This document shows, piece after piece, positions 11,979-26,013 of a DNA stretch of 64,000 bases. Where the stretch lies: contig MCFE01000004.1 in the NCBI GenBank assembly GCA_002104905.1, positions 216,067 through 280,066 of the forward strand, written 5' to 3'. Within the stretch, counting starts at the first letter, position 1; each line of letters starts with the position of its first letter. This DNA is from Basidiobolus meristosporus CBS 931.73 (lineage: Eukaryota > Fungi > Basidiobolomycota). A program made the translations under genes and the position numbers. Under the pieces are notes generated by a model. It did no database searches. It saw nothing but the letters and a program-made list of their open reading frames with translations, and was not told the DNA's origin.

Positions 11979-14296
11979 ATGTTGAGCCGCGCTTCCTCCG
12001 TCCGTCCCACCACCAGCGCTATTGCCAATAGAGCCACCGTGCAGACATCTCTGAGAGGAAATCCTCTTCAACTCTCTCCAAGCTTGCGCCGTTATTCTAC
12101 GAATAATTGGAAAGGTAAGCAGCCTGGTTAGTCGCTACTTCTGTGTTCAGAAAATATTGACATAACCTTTACCTCCGTTCGTAAGGGAGACTCAACTTTT
12201 CCAAGAACACTGAAAACATTACCAAAGTGGGGACAGAGGGGGTTAACCAAACGGCCCATCTAGCTCCCAAGCCGCTGCCTAAAGATCACCATACCACAGA
12301 AACACAAACCCAATCGAGGTTCTCCACCAAAATCAAGCGTGCGTTAAGTAAGTTGCAGATTTCCTAGTACTGTTTTTCTTAGCTCCAAGTGTTCAACGAC
12401 GTTATCCTACGCTCCTCAGATGCTGCCAAGCTTGCTCAAGCCAAAAAACCAGCCCCAGTTGTGTATTTAGAAAAACCATATTTCCGTCACTTGCTTTCAT
12501 CCTCCTCGTCTGGGTCTACCGGGAACCCCACCAGTGGAACTCCACCATTCAACTTTGCCCAACATGAAACATACTCGCAGTTTGACTCTGCGGGCTCAGG
12601 GTACGAGAATACTACTGAAAGCGGTGGATCGAGTGATCATATTTGGAGCACAATATTAACCAGTCCCAAATCGGTATGTTCTAGAACTAGTTAGTTGCAT
12701 GTAGACCGGGTGTATTAAAATGTGTAATTATTTCAGATTGCCAAACACTTGGATGAATATGTAATTGGACAGGAACGGGCCAAGAAGATCCTTTCGGTGG
12801 CAGTATTCAACCACTACAATCGTGTTAAAGCCAACACCCAACACCAAGTGCAACAAAAGCCGTATCCGGGCGCAGAAGACGAGCATCCGGGTAACGTTTT
12901 TGTCCCCCCAAGTCACATGCATTTGTCTAACTGCATTTACCCCAGCCCGCCCTCCAGCCGCTGCCGCAAACTACTCGAGCAATAGCCAATCTTGGGTGAA
13001 CCCAAGCACTAATAGCTCGGAAGCTTCGGCACCAATTAATGACTCTCGACCCAAGTCACCTGAAGCGAAGAGTTTGCCGGTCTTTGATAAAAGTAACGTA
13101 TTGCTCTTGGGTCCAACGGGTTCCGGTAAGTACAGCGTATTATCAAGCTCACACACCACTTTCTCTAATCAATCCCCATCCTTCCAGGCAAAACGTTGCT
13201 TGCACGAACTCTAGCGAAGATTCTGAAGGTTCCATTTTCAATGTCCGACGCCACCCCATTTACACAGGCAGGCTATGTAGGAGAGGATGTTGAGTTAGTA
13301 ATCCAGCGTCTATTACAGGCAAGTATTTCTAAACGTAATCCATAGGTGAATTTGAGCTAATCTCCTGACTTCCAGAACTGTGACTTCGATGTGAAACAAG
13401 CGGAACAAGGGATCGTCTTCATTGATGAAATCGATAAAATCGCCAAAAAAGCGGATACCATGTCCATGTCCAAAGATGTTTCAGGAGAGGGAGTTCAGCA
13501 GGCTTTGCTGCGCATGCTTGAGGGGACCGTTGTGAATGTGACCGACAAAACAGGGGCGGCTTCGTCAAGCCATAAAAACCGGTTTGGACCAGGAGGACCC
13601 GGATCGGGGGGCAAAGGCGACGTATATGCAGTAGATACTAGTAATATCCTCTTCATCCTGAGCGGAGCTTTCATTGGACTAGACAAAATAGTGATAGATC
13701 GTGTCGCCAAAGGATCAATCGGCTTTGGAGCAGTCATTCATGGCTCAGACACCAGCGCGGCACTTCCCCCCGTATCAGGAACACCAGCTAATCACACCAA
13801 ACAGCACGTTCTAGATTTGGTGGACCCGGTGGATATGATCAAATTTGGCCTGATTCCAGAGTTTGTTGGTAGACTCCCGGTGGTGGCAAGTGTAGCACAG
13901 CTTGACGAAGCTGCACTGGTCCGTGTCTTGACAGAACCGAGAAACTCGCTCGTCAAGCAATACGAATCGCTGTTTGATCTGAACAAGGTGAACCTGAAGT
14001 TTTCCAACTCCGCCTTGCGCGAGATCGCCAAACAAGCCATTGAAAAGCAAACTGGCGCCCGAGGACTGCGACGAATCATGGAAAACCTATTACTGGACCC
14101 CATGTACGATGCGCCCAACTCATCCATCAAATATGTCCTGGTCGATAGCGACTCTGTGCTTCAGAAGCGGAATCCGCTCTACTTCTCCCGCGGCCAGGAA
14201 AGCGACATGGAGAGAGCGCTCGAGGAAGACGACAACACATTTACCTTGAACTTGGCTACGAAGGAAGAAGGGAAGCAAGGGATTGCATTCTCCTAA
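11979..14296 (+). CDS. MCX1: Mitochondrial ClpX AAA+ unfoldase, multi-exon
   Basis: Presequence MLSRASSVR; [23 protein letters not shown]; Walker [10 protein letters not shown]; Walker [11 protein letters not shown]; [10 protein letters not shown]. Confidence 0.93.
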
Positions 14297-15013
14297 CTCT
14301 TCCACCCTAGTTTTAATATACTCGTTCATATTTCAGTAAATAGCTATTCAAGGTGTGTACTTCGCCGCACCTATAAATCGACTGTTTCTACTTGGTTTTG
14401 TTGTATAATAAAAATCCGTTTATGATGTGTCCCAGTAGCCATTACGGAATCCACACTCTTTGCGTTTTGAGCAGCCATTAACGATCTACATCGATGATAT
14501 TATTTCTATAATTACTCATATTTGTAATCGTCCACCAGTGAAATTGAGTCGAAAATAGAACAATTACCCGTTGAATCCGTTGAATCCGTTAAATTCCTCA
14601 GGCATTACGACCTCATCATTCGAAGCTCCATTACGAAGCATCCCCCACCAATCGGAGCCCGGGTTTCTTGGAATTAAGCATTCTCTACTTGGCCAATTAT
14701 TGTGGTTTCTGGAACAATCTCCCAACGCTCGGTGCCAACAGGCCAACTCATAGGGGGGATTCCCCATGGATGCACCCTACCTCTTGACCTATCCGCGTTA
14801 TGCCAATCCCAGGTTGAATTAGTAATATCATATGTTGATGATATATCTACTGAACATTGTTTCGATCAGTCAGATTTCCACCGAAATTTCCCAGAGATCT
14901 ATAAATTCTCCTCTTGTGGTTTTATCTCCAGCTAGTGGTGTCTATTTAATTTAGCTTCTTCTCTGCAATTAGCCGAGTTCTCTTCTTTATCTTAATACGT
15001 ATTCTACCTCACT

Positions 15014-15982
15014 ATGACTTTTGACTCTGTTGAAGATTCGGGTTCCTCTGTCATGTCGACCCCCACCCTGCCCACACCTCCTGAATTCTCCGGAGAGCCT
15101 TTCTCCGCACTCTACCTATCCAAGGAATTCCCTCTGGCCACGTTCTCCACCGGTGCCAAAGCCCTCGAATCGAACAAGCCCCTCAGGGTCGAATGCCAGG
15201 CCAGAACTCGTATACCTACACCTTACGGGGAATTCTTCTTGCACCTGTACAAAAACAACCACGACTCCAAGGAGCATTTGGCCATAGTGTTCGGAGATGA
15301 CATTAGAAGCACCACTTTAGACGCTGTCCAAGAAGGAGAAACGGAAATGGACCGGATCATTCGTGGAGCATACCAAGGCCGCTTGAATCCAAACAAAACC
15401 AATAACAGCTCCAAAGTATCAACCTCCTCCCCTCTGCCACCGCTTGTTCGGATCCATTCTGAATGCTTCACTGGTGAAACCGTTCATTCCGTTCGTTGCG
15501 ATTGTGGAGACCAGCTGGCTGAGGCCATGCGCCTTATGCACGCCGAGGGCCGAGGTGTTGTTGTCTATCTTCGTCAAGAAGGGCGTGGCATCGGTTTGCT
15601 CGAGAAAATCAAGGCATACAACCTTCAGGACCTGGGATACGACACCGTCTCCGCCAACGTGGCCCTTTCCCATCCACCGGACCTTCGCACATATGATGTT
15701 GCTTGCGAGATCCTAAAGGACTTGAACTTGCCCACCATCCGATTGTTGACCAACAACCCGGATAAAATCGAGCAACTTGAGAAGGGTGGGCTGAAGGTAA
15801 CCGAAAGAGTACCCATGATACCCAAGGAATGGACTGTGGAGCATGAGGTCCAAACAACGCACAAACGTAAAAGTGAGGAAAGCTACACCGAAGTAGACTC
15901 GTACCTCAAAACCAAAGTCGAGCGTATGAGGCACTTGATTGACATTCCAACCCTTGCCTCGGCCGTCCCTGATACTTTATGA
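15014..15982 (+). CDS. RIB1: GTP cyclohydrolase II
   Basis: [40 protein letters not shown]. Confidence 0.97.
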   Translation: MTFDSVEDSGSSVMSTPTLPTPPEFSGEPFSALYLSKEFPLATFSTGAKALESNKPLRVECQARTRIPTPYGEFFLHLYKNNHDSKEHLAIVFGDDIRSTTLDAVQEGETEMDRIIRGAYQGRLNPNKTNNSSKVSTSSPLPPLVRIHSECFTGETVHSVRCDCGDQLAEAMRLMHAEGRGVVVYLRQEGRGIGLLEKIKAYNLQDLGYDTVSANVALSHPPDLRTYDVACEILKDLNLPTIRLLTNNPDKIEQLEKGGLKVTERVPMIPKEWTVEHEVQTTHKRKSEESYTEVDSYLKTKVERMRHLIDIPTLASAVPDTL

Positions 15983-16374
15983 AGAGAGATCAACCCACCC
16001 CCTCCCGTTGGTACACACCTATTGCAACCTTGCTGTGAGTTGAGCACCTGATGCTATAGACCGGCTCGCAGTAAAAACCAGCATACTTCATCACATACTG
16101 CCCCACAAGCACTTTCCGGACTTGATGTAACCATTTTCATTGATTTGAAATGTAGACGTTATTTGTATTATTGTAATTCTATTCATATTAGCCCATTAAA
16201 CCATATTCAAGCATACGGAGATAATCCCTACGATTGATTTATTCATCTGACGATGGTGACGGTGTTCATGGGTGGAGAGTGGAGGGTGGTATGATTGTAA
16301 AGGAGGAAAATGCCAAGAGTGTACAGAATAATGATGGTTGATTGATATTCCCAGTTCAAACAAACCCGCAAGAT

Positions 16375-16838
16375 TTATTTCACCTTGGGCTCTAGGAAAT
16401 CCTTCGCTTCGTTGATTTTACTAGCAAGGTACGGCGAGCCGCCTCTATCTGGATGGTTGAGCAGCATGATTCGACGGTGGGCGTCCTTGAGCTTGGTTTT
16501 GTTCAACCCAGCCTCACTAGAAGTGGAGAAGCTTAAGCACGCAGACCTTTGGGAGGCAACGAAGGAAAATTTCTTACCGAAGGCCAAGGATAAGAGTAGC
16601 CTCGCGGCGGTTCATCTTGGGATCGAAGCCACCCTTGTAGTAACGGGAGGGAGCGGTGAATTTGGGTAAAGTGATGGTAGGGATTTTGATGGCGCCCGAC
16701 TCGTAAGCTCTAAGCGCGACACGAGCGGTTGTGGCGGCGGCAGCAACACCAAGCCCAACAAAGAAAGGAGTGGCCTGTCAGGGGAAAGGTCAGAAGAAAC
16801 GTCTACAGACGGTCGAAACGTGGATCTTCACTCACCAT
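16375..16838 (-). CDS. PAM18: Mitochondrial import J-protein Pam18/Tim14, multi-exon
   Basis: [21 protein letters not shown]; [29 protein letters not shown]. Confidence 0.93.
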
Positions 16839-17386
16839 ACTGTTAAACTGGGACGGGAAGCAACAGAGTTAAAATTCTCACTCTCCGGCGGTTAGTAATA
16901 AATAATTTTCTAGGGCCAGTAAAATCACCAGTAATATCGCCCATAGATTGAGATGTTCCCATTCATTCCGCGCTTGACATCCTCCAGGATGGCGAAGCAG
17001 ACTGCATCGGCCGCAGCTGGGATCGCAGCTGGGATAGATTATCCAACCCCATAGGAACCAATGGGGGCCAATCCAATTGGCCGCACCCAAACCTGAAGAT
17101 TGCTTGGTTGTTGGCATAGTTTGAGCAGGAACCTTGACCATGAAAAAAAGGGATGGAGGAGAGAAAAAATTTCGAACCGAAGAGGAAAAGAAAAAAAAAT
17201 TTTTGAACCCACAAAAGTGAAGGTTATGTCACAACGTTCGTACTTTGCTTTAGCGTTGCTGCAAAGACGAAGTTGCTCTATCGTGAACACTAGTTTTTTT
17301 CCTATTTTATTATTATACAGTTAGTTTTATAATACCACCTTGAAGGAGATTTTCGCCCTCTTCCCTGTAAGATTTAAAGTACTAGT

Positions 17387-17938
17387 ATGCGTTTAGAAAA
17401 GTGTTACTTCTGTTCCTCCACTTGCTATCCCGGTCACGGATGCATGTTCGTCCGTAACGACAGTAAGGTATATATCTATCGAGTGTGCTTGATCTCCCCG
17501 CTGCAAACCCCCCATTTACGCGGTTTTCCAACGTTTTAGACCTTCCGTTTCTGTCGTTCCAAGTGCCACAAGAACTTCAAAATGAAGAGAAACCCCAGAA
17601 AGGTCCGCTGGACCAAGGCCTTCCGTAAGTCGGCCGGCAAAGAAATGACCATCGACTCTACCTTCGAATTCGAGAAGCGTCGTAACGTACCAGTCAAATA
17701 TGATCGTGATTTGATGGCCACCACCATCAAGGCCATGAAGCGAGTCCAAGAGATTCGCGCCCGTCGTGAGCGTTCCTTCTACAAGAGCCGTATGTCTGGA
17801 AACAAGGAGAGAGAGAAGGCCGAGAACATCAAAGAAATCCAGCGCAACATCCATTTGGTTTCTTCACCTGCTCTCAAGAACAAGCTCCAGGTGGACAAGA
17901 TTCTCGAGAGCAGCAAACAGATGGACATGGACGCTTAA
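17387..17938 (+). CDS. RLP24: Ribosome biogenesis protein Rlp24
   Basis: [25 protein letters not shown] + intron + [29 protein letters not shown]. Confidence 0.95.
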
Positions 17939-18312
17939 GCTATCTGTTACTATTTATCGAATTAATGATCATCCTACTATGCCACACCATTCCCTCGCCT
18001 TTGTGTCGCTGCTCTCAAACCGCCTCTTCATTCACCAATGCTTCTCTACTTTATCGGGGATTATATATTATATATTCCTTTATTTCTTTAGATTGTACTC
18101 TTTACACTCATCGTTTTGTGCATAAAATATCCTGAAGTCAACCTAGAATGGAGAAAGCAGGGAATATCGTAGCCACATGTCAGTGTGTGTTTTTATAGAG
18201 CAATCTACTACATCGAAGGTGCATGCCATAGTAAATGAAAGTGAAGAAAGATTGTAGAGCAAGTGGTGGGTCATGTGATCAGAAAAGACAAGTGTGTGGT
18301 GGAAGGAATTGA

Positions 18313-20092
18313 TTAGTGTTGGGACCATTCAATGGATTTGATGTCGATTCCTTCTTGAACCATTTCCCAAAGAGGACTCATATCGCGCAATTTGTGAACG
18401 TGGTTCTTTACACGATCGACGACGTAGTCCACTTCGGCTTCGGTGGTAAAGCGACCAATACCAAATCGAATACTGCTGTGTGCCATGTCATCTTCCGCAC
18501 CTAGGGCACGCAATACGTAAGATGGCTCCAGGGAGGCCGAGGTACAAGCACTTCCGGAAGAGAGGGCAATCTCCTTCAAGGCCATGAGCAGAGATTCACC
18601 TTCAACATAGGCGAAAGAAAGGTTGACGCATCCGGGGTAGTTGTGTTCGGGGTCTCCATTTCTGACAACGTGCGATACGCTAGAAGTGATTCCGTTGATC
18701 AATCTATCGGAAAGCATCTTGATTCTCTTGGAGTCATACTGAATGGAAAATGTTCAGTAAACATGAGCTTGATCAGATTCAAAAGATATTCTCAGAACCC
18801 CTGCACAACTGTCATAGCATGCAGATGCACATCTCGCTAGAGACGGCTAGCATTCTGTATGCTCAGCTATGTTATACTTCTTGAAGAAGATTCATCACAG
18901 AATATCGTGTCGTAAAAGGGACAAACACACTTACAGCCATATCCTCCTGTGCAATACGGCAAGCTTCGCCTAAACCAACAACCAGTGGTGTGGGGACAGT
19001 ACCACTTCTGAGCCCTCTCTCTTGACCACCACCAGATTGGATGGGCTCCAGTCTAACTCTGGGTCTTCTGCGAACATACAGGGCACCGATGCCCTTGGGG
19101 CCATAGACCTTGTGTCCCGAGATGGACATCAAATCGATCTTCATGTCATTGACGTTAAGTGGGATCTTTCCCACAGCTTGAGCAGCATCGGTGTGGAAGA
19201 AAATCTTTCTTTCACGGCAGATATTTCCAATCTCAGCAACTGGTTGGATGACGCCGATTTCGTTGTTGACAGTCATGACGGAGACGATGGAGGTGTCGGG
19301 TCTGATGGCAGCCTTCAATTCCTCAAGGTCAACGATGCCGTTGCTTTGGACAGGCAAGTATGTGACATCAAATCCTTCCGACTGAAGGACACGGCAGGAG
19401 TCAAGAACGCATTTGTGTTCCTAAACAGAATTGATGTTGGTAACGACGAACATGGTCCATTTCAAGAAGGTTACATACGGTCTGTGTAGTGATGATGTGG
19501 TTCTTCTTTCCTTTATAAAATCTAGCGACACCCTTGATGCTGATGTTGTTGGATTCGGTAGCTCCAGAGGTGAAGATGATTTCTTTGGGGTCCGCGCCGA
19601 TAATGTCTGCGACTTGCTGTTGAATATCGATAAAGTTAAATAGGCATCATACCGGAAGAGCAGTTAAAGGTAATAATCACCTTTCTGGCTACTTCGACAG
19701 CATCCTCAGATTCCCAGCCATACTTGTGTGTTCTGGAGTGAGGATTACCGTATTGAGCAGTCAAATAGGGGAGCATGGCATCAAGCACACGAGGATCAGT
19801 TGGGCTGGTGGCTTGCATGTCCAAATAGATAGGACGGCTGGAGGAACTGCTAAGCACCTTTTCTTTGAAGCTCTCGGGAACTACACAAGACGGTTATTCA
19901 AGGCGAATTTTACCTTGAGCCGACCATAAACATACCTGGGGTGATATCCGGAGTATTTTCAGCCACATGTGCAGGTTGAGTGCTGGATACAAAGAGTCTC
20001 TTGGACAGAACAGCCGGTGTAGCCACACGGGCATTCAGGCATGTTCGTCTCAAGGTATAAGCCAAAGTGTTACGGGGGAATTGTCTCAACAT
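18313..20092 (-). CDS. NFS1: Mitochondrial cysteine desulfurase, multi-exon
   Basis: [55 protein letters not shown]. Confidence 0.97.
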
Positions 20093-20715
20093 ATCCGATC
20101 CTTCGACTTTCTTGGGTTAGAAGGTCAAGTGGGAGAAACAGTGAGGTATCTCAAGGGAATAACAGTAAAAAATGATTGAATTGGCGATGAAAAAGTGAAA
20201 TTTGCTTGTGTAATCGATATCACTCATAATTACAAATATATATAATATCAGAATAGGATTTCCATATGAAACTGGAGATAATCTCTACTGCGGTTTTGGG
20301 GTGAGGTCATTCATTTTCTGGCTAGTTTAATGCCACAAGGGCCGCAACTATCTACAAAGTTAATCAAACTGTTTAGAGGAGTGAAGCAGTCAAATGGTCG
20401 TTGCTTTTGTACAACCTAAGCGGAGAAATAGGCAGTGATATTATCGGGAATTCTATGATGGAGGTCTCGGGCGATCTAGAGTTCAATCTTCCCATTTCTA
20501 TGGGAATGGCTTGTGTGAATACAGCGTAAGCATTGGAACAAATGCTCGTCACTGCCATATAACCGGTGCCACAGTTTATGCAACCAATCATAGCTTGGTT
20601 CTCGTTGCAAGTAAACAGGTATGTGTGAATTCGTGTTCGCCTTCCAACACAAAACCAAGCACCCGCCTTGTGCCTCACAACTCCAAGTATACCGACCACC
20701 TAAGCAACCGTTGAG

Positions 20716-22290
20716 ATGGCGCCTGTTGAACTAAACACCATTCAGCAACATAAAGATGACCTGGAGGAGCTGGGCGAGGATATTCTCCGAGCCAATCGTA
20801 AAGAGATTATGAACAGAACGCGGTTGCTTGAAAACGACATCAAGGTAAGCCTTAGTGGTTTGTCGCTTCTTTGTATAGTAAATAAATGTTGTTCCAGGTC
20901 ATGAAGAACGAGCATATGCGCCTACAACACGAACAGACCTCCACCATGGAGCGCATCAAGGAAAACAAAGAGAAGATAAAGATGAACCTACAGCTACCAT
21001 ACCTCGTGGGAAACGTGGTCGAGGTAACTTGCAGCACTTCCTTCCTTCCCTTATCCATGAACACATTTTCACACAAGAGTGCAGATTATGGATATGATTC
21101 CAGATGACGACTCCGAGGAGGGTCAGAACGTTGACTTGGATTCTCAGCGTAAAGGGAAATGCGCCGTGGTTAAAACGTCTACCAGACAAACCATTTTTCT
21201 ACCACTAATTGGCCTGGTAGATAGCGATAAGCTAAAGCCTGGTGATCTGATTGGAATGAACAAGGATAGCTACTTAGTATTGGATACACTTCCAGCAGAG
21301 TATGTTTGTTTGCGCTGTCTTGGTTACCCATGATGCATGTATTGATACAAGCCTAGGTATGACTCTCGAGTCAAAGCTATGGAGGTTGATGAGAAGCCTA
21401 CAGAGGATTATACTGATATCGGTGGCTTGGATAAGCAGATCGAAGAGTTGGTCGAAGCAATTGTACTACCGATGACTCATGCAGAACGATTCAAGAATCT
21501 TGGAATTAAGCCACCGAAAGGTACATCCGCACTTTGTATAATCACTGGCCGAATTTTGCTTAACTCGTAGTTGCCATAGGTGTACTCATGTATGGACCAC
21601 CAGGCACCGGGAAAACTCTACTGGCTAGAGCATGTGCCGCGCAGACCAACTCAACTTATCTAAAGCTTGCGGGTCCTCAGCTAGTCCAGGTAAGCGTGGT
21701 CATTGGGAGTGTTTCCGAGTAGCCAAGACTCAAAGTATGTTTAGATGTTCATCGGAGATGGTGCCAAGCTAGTTCGCGACGCATTTGACTTGGCCAAAGA
21801 GAAAGCGCCGACGATTATTTTCATCGATGAGCTGGACGCTATTGGTACCAAGCGTTTTGACAGCGAAAAAAGCGGCGACCGCGAGGTGCAAAGAACCATG
21901 CTGGAGTTGCTCAACCAATTGGATGGGTTCAGTAGCGACGAGAGAATCAAAGTGATCGCCGCCACAAACCGTATCGATATTCTTGATCCCGCCCTGCTAC
22001 GTTCGGGCCGTCTTGATCGTAAAATTGAGTTTCCACTTCCCACTGAAGAGGCCCGGGCTCGGATCTTACAAATCCATTCACGCAAGATGACCGTCTCCCC
22101 CGACATCAATTTTGAAGAGCTTGCGAGGTGTTGTGACGAATTCAACGGAGCCCAATGCAAGGCGGTTTGTGTGGAAGCTGGTATGCTCGCGCTTCGTAGA
22201 AGTGCCTCTGCACTCAGTCATGAGGACTTTATGGACGGAATTCAAGAAGTCATCGCAAAGAAGAAGACTTCCCTAAAATACTTCGCCTAA
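20716..22290 (+). CDS. RPT5: 26S proteasome regulatory ATPase Rpt5, multi-exon
   Basis: [40 protein letters not shown]-terminal HbYX KYFA. Confidence 0.97.
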
Positions 22291-22573
22291 TATCTGATGA
22301 TCTTTCTACTCTTCCCCCACACCACCCCAAGCTCATTGCATACCCCTCCATCCATTCTGTTAAATATACGCTTTCACCACCGTTGATCGCTTGACATCAT
22401 GCATAAATTGAACTTTCGTTTTGAGCTATGGCCAGTGTCTCTTGATATTCGTGTGGTGCAGTGGTATCATATAGGAGTGAGTTGATGAACCGTGTGTAGC
22501 GTTCTATTATAAATAAATAGGGGGTCTAGTTTATTTGTAATAAATAAAGATTATTAGGAATGCGTCGCTGTAT

Positions 22574-22855
22574 CTAACAAATAACACAACCGTAGTATCT
22601 AACACCACGTTTGCTCTTGCTGTGGTTGACCTTGAGCGGCTCCTCAGCGATCTTGTGCTCGTCTGTGTTCCATGAATCACGCACCTCCTTGCTGCTATCA
22701 AGAACCGTTGATACTGTCAACTTCTGAGAATCATGCACCTCCTTGTTGTTATCAAATACTGTCAACTTCTGAGAATCAATGGGGTGTGAGGTTGTGGCAG
22801 ATATAAGAACAGAGGCGATGCTCAGACATGCCATTGCTTCGTTTCTAACTTTCAT
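22574..22855 (-). CDS. Small putative secreted peptide precursor (signal peptide, internal repeats, KR site, C-terminal GVRYYGCVIC)
   Basis: 93-aa ORF from ATG at 22855; hydrophobic N-terminus MKVRNEAMACLSIASVLISATTS; repeated DSQKLTV..D..KEV; ends SKR-GVRYYGCVIC-stop. Confidence 0.6.
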   Translation of the reverse strand: MKVRNEAMACLSIASVLISATTSHPIDSQKLTVFDNNKEVHDSQKLTVSTVLDSSKEVRDSWNTDEHKIAEEPLKVNHSKSKRGVRYYGCVIC

Positions 22856-23193
22856 GATCAAGGGGGTGTGAATAAGTTTCAGTCGTGTGCCATGGGGCCA
22901 TCTGGCTCTTTTATGTTTACCACTGTCAGATCATTGACCTGCTTGTCGTCCCCAATCGAACCGAATTTGATTGTTCGCTCCCTTCCAGATAGCGGACAAT
23001 GCACATCCCATATCGGGTTGATGTCTAGTTATATCTCTAAGAGGGTGTTAAGGCCTTGTGCCACTTACATGGCATCTAAGAGAATATTATGGCTTTGTGC
23101 CTCTTGCAGGATATCTAAGAGCATATTACAGCCTTGCAGGCGAACAATCCCCTTTCAAACACATGAGATGGTATGACTTTATGGATCTATAAA

Positions 23194-24733
23194 CTAGGCG
23201 TCTATGCTTGCAGGTTTCCTATTGGCAGTTAGCATGTGCAGCAATACTCCTGTGGCCACACTCACATTCAACGAGTCTAGGAATGGGGCAATGGTAGGAT
23301 TGGTGGAAGGGATGGAGACATGGATTTGGCAATTTTCACTAACAAGTTTACGAAGACCAAACCCTTCATTTCCCATCACCAGGATTCTGGGCCTGTCAAT
23401 CATAGACATGGCAACCGGGTCTATAGACCGCTGGCCATCCGAGGTTCTCTCCGCAGACGCGCCGATGACCGTCCAACCGTTTTCTTGGGATTCCTTGAAG
23501 CAAGTGGGTCAATTCGGAGAATCGTCGGGGAAATGGCAAGTAGCACCTACCCGCAGGAATTTCATCATGTTTTTCACACTGTACACATCCATAACCTCCA
23601 ATGCGCCGGAACTTGCCTTGGACACGACCGGAGTCAACGGAGCACTTCGGGTGTTAGCAAAACATCAGAAAACAGCTCTTTATCACGAACACACGGAAAG
23701 TTCCCTACCTGTTCCTTGCGCAGAAAACAACGCCATCAATGCCGAAGTAATAGGCGGACCTTAGGGGAAGATTAGCAAAGTAGCGGGCGCTCACAGTCGT
23801 ACTCCACCCACCTCAGAATTGCTCCCAGATTTTGAGGATCGACCACCTGATCCAAAGCAAGCCAAATTGGTGATTGCTTACTCTCAAAAAGATATTCCCC
23901 GGAGCCAGATACGGCATGGTATCTAAGTGCATTCGGGGTTAAGCCCAGCCACGGCCACTTTTAATAAAGCAACTTACGATTTACCCTCCACTGCACTCAA
24001 CCGGTTGATCGTATGAGGCTCCAAACGATCGGTCTTCAGCACCACTCCCTGGTAAAGGTGACTGTATGAATACAAAATACTGGGTTCAGCAGAGAGTTGG
24101 TAATTACCTGATGCGGTCTGTTTCCAGTATAGTCGTTTAGCTCTTTCCTGTCCATTTTCTGGATGGGCAGCTGTAGTTCCTCGGCTAATCCCAAAATCTT
24201 GTCGAGCTTATCACTGGGGGCACGACTCTTAGTATGTAGTGTTTCCTCTAGATAGTATTGAATACTTACCTGTCTTCCTTTTTGGTGGTCTCGCTTTCAC
24301 CCCTATAGAACAACCGATATGGAACCCGACGTTTGCTTTCGAGAGCAGGCAGTACCACCGAATAGCCGTACAACAAATCGCAATTCTTGTTGCTCGGTTC
24401 TCCCTGTCTTATACATTCACCCTGAAATTAACAACCAAACTTGGAACCCCTCCGAGGAAACAAGTTCCGTACTTACTTCAAGCGCTTCATAAGTCTCGGC
24501 TCCTCCATCGCATCCCACACTCTGATATTCTTGGACTTGTCGAATATGTCTTGAAGGTCAAACTCGGCGTCTTTAGTCGTCGTCGTCGTCGTCGCCGCAT
24601 CTGCCCGAGCGGGCGATTTTTTCTTTGGATATTGGTTGACCCACTTTCCCTTCGAGGAGAATAGTCTGCAGAGCACACCACTGTTCCCCGTCCAAACTGG
24701 AGAGATAGCACGGCCGGGAATTCTTAGAAACAT
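23194..24733 (-). CDS. MRM1: Mitochondrial rRNA 2'-O-methyltransferase (SpoU family), multi-exon
   Basis: LVMGNEGFGLR and LDSLNVSVATGVLL SpoU motifs; presequence MFLRIPGRAIS. Confidence 0.88.
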
Positions 24734-25176
24734 GAGCCAAGTTGATTCCCACCTCTTCCCGAAGTACCAACTGGAAAAAATTTCGTGATTCGATTCGATT
24801 TCGACGATTAGGATGTTTGCAGTAGTGTGGATGCTTTGTGCTGAATAATTATTGTGACAGCTAATCTCATTGAGCGAAAGTCCGCCAGGATCCAAGTGCT
24901 TAAACTTAAGTGAGGTTTCGCATGAATAAACAAGAAACCGAAAGGTTGATCAAGAGAAGTGCATCCAACACACTCACTCAATCGAAAAAAAATTCCATCA
25001 ATCAGAGCCAGCCAAGCCATTAGGTACCAGACTACGTCAACTAATGGAGTTCTTTGTGGGTGAAAATCCTAGGGAATCTTGACCCTTGTCACATTGATTT
25101 TTAACCAAACAACCTTGGTTTACTGGAGTTGTCCACCACCACACAAGTCTTTCGCACTCTGGGAGTTCTACACCTC

Positions 25177-26013
25177 ATGTTGCTACGTGTTTTCACCACT
25201 TTTGCCTTACTGTGCGGGATTGCAACCGCCCTGAAATTCGACCTTCAGGCATACCCCCAAAGTTACAACGTCAAGAAGTGCATCTCTCAATGGGTCCCTA
25301 GAGACACCCTCGTTATGGTCACCATGAAGGTTGGCCAAGGTTACAACCAGCGTGTGGATGTAGAGGTAGAGTCCTCGTATCAAGTACGGCCCCGATTCGT
25401 TGACATCTAAACCCCCTTGCTTTGATGTAGATTTCTGATGATAGTCCCGCCAGCAATGTGTATCTTAACAAAAAAGACATCACCGAAAGGAAAGTCGCAC
25501 TCACCACTCAGGCCCACGCTGATGTTAAAGTCTGCTTTACCAACACCCTGTCCGAAGGTCAACCTTCTAGATAAACCTCGTTTACTGCCTCGCCGATGCT
25601 CATCCTTTTTCCTTAACCTATCAGGCTTCCAACCCGACTCCCAGTACAAGCGTACTGTTGAATTCCACTTCGATGTTGGAGCTGAAGCTATCGATTATTC
25701 TGCCGTAGCCAAGGCCGAAAAACTGAAGCCCATGGAGGTTGAATTGTACAAGTTGGAGAAACTTCTTGACGAGGTGGTTGACGAGATGGACTACCTCCGT
25801 CACCGTGAAGCCCGCAGACGTGATACCAACGGTGAGTTGCCCCTTCAGCCCCTTGACAGACCGGAAAACACTCAATGAACTCCTTTCTATCTAGAATCCA
25901 CCAACGAGCGTGTGAAATGGTTCTCCATTTTCTCCATGGTCATCTTGGTCAGTCTTGGTATCTGGCAAATCTTCTACCTCAAGAGATTCTTCCAAACCAA
26001 GAAGCTCATCTAA
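25177..26013 (+). CDS. ERV25: p24/emp24 family cargo receptor (Erv25/TMED10), multi-exon
   Basis: Signal peptide, GOLD domain, [34 protein letters not shown]-terminal FFQTKKLI. Confidence 0.92.

Noticed and set aside
22449-22510. tRNA-like A-box (GTGGTGCAGTGGTATCAT)
   Set aside because: No TPsiC arm (GTTCRA) or acceptor stem follows
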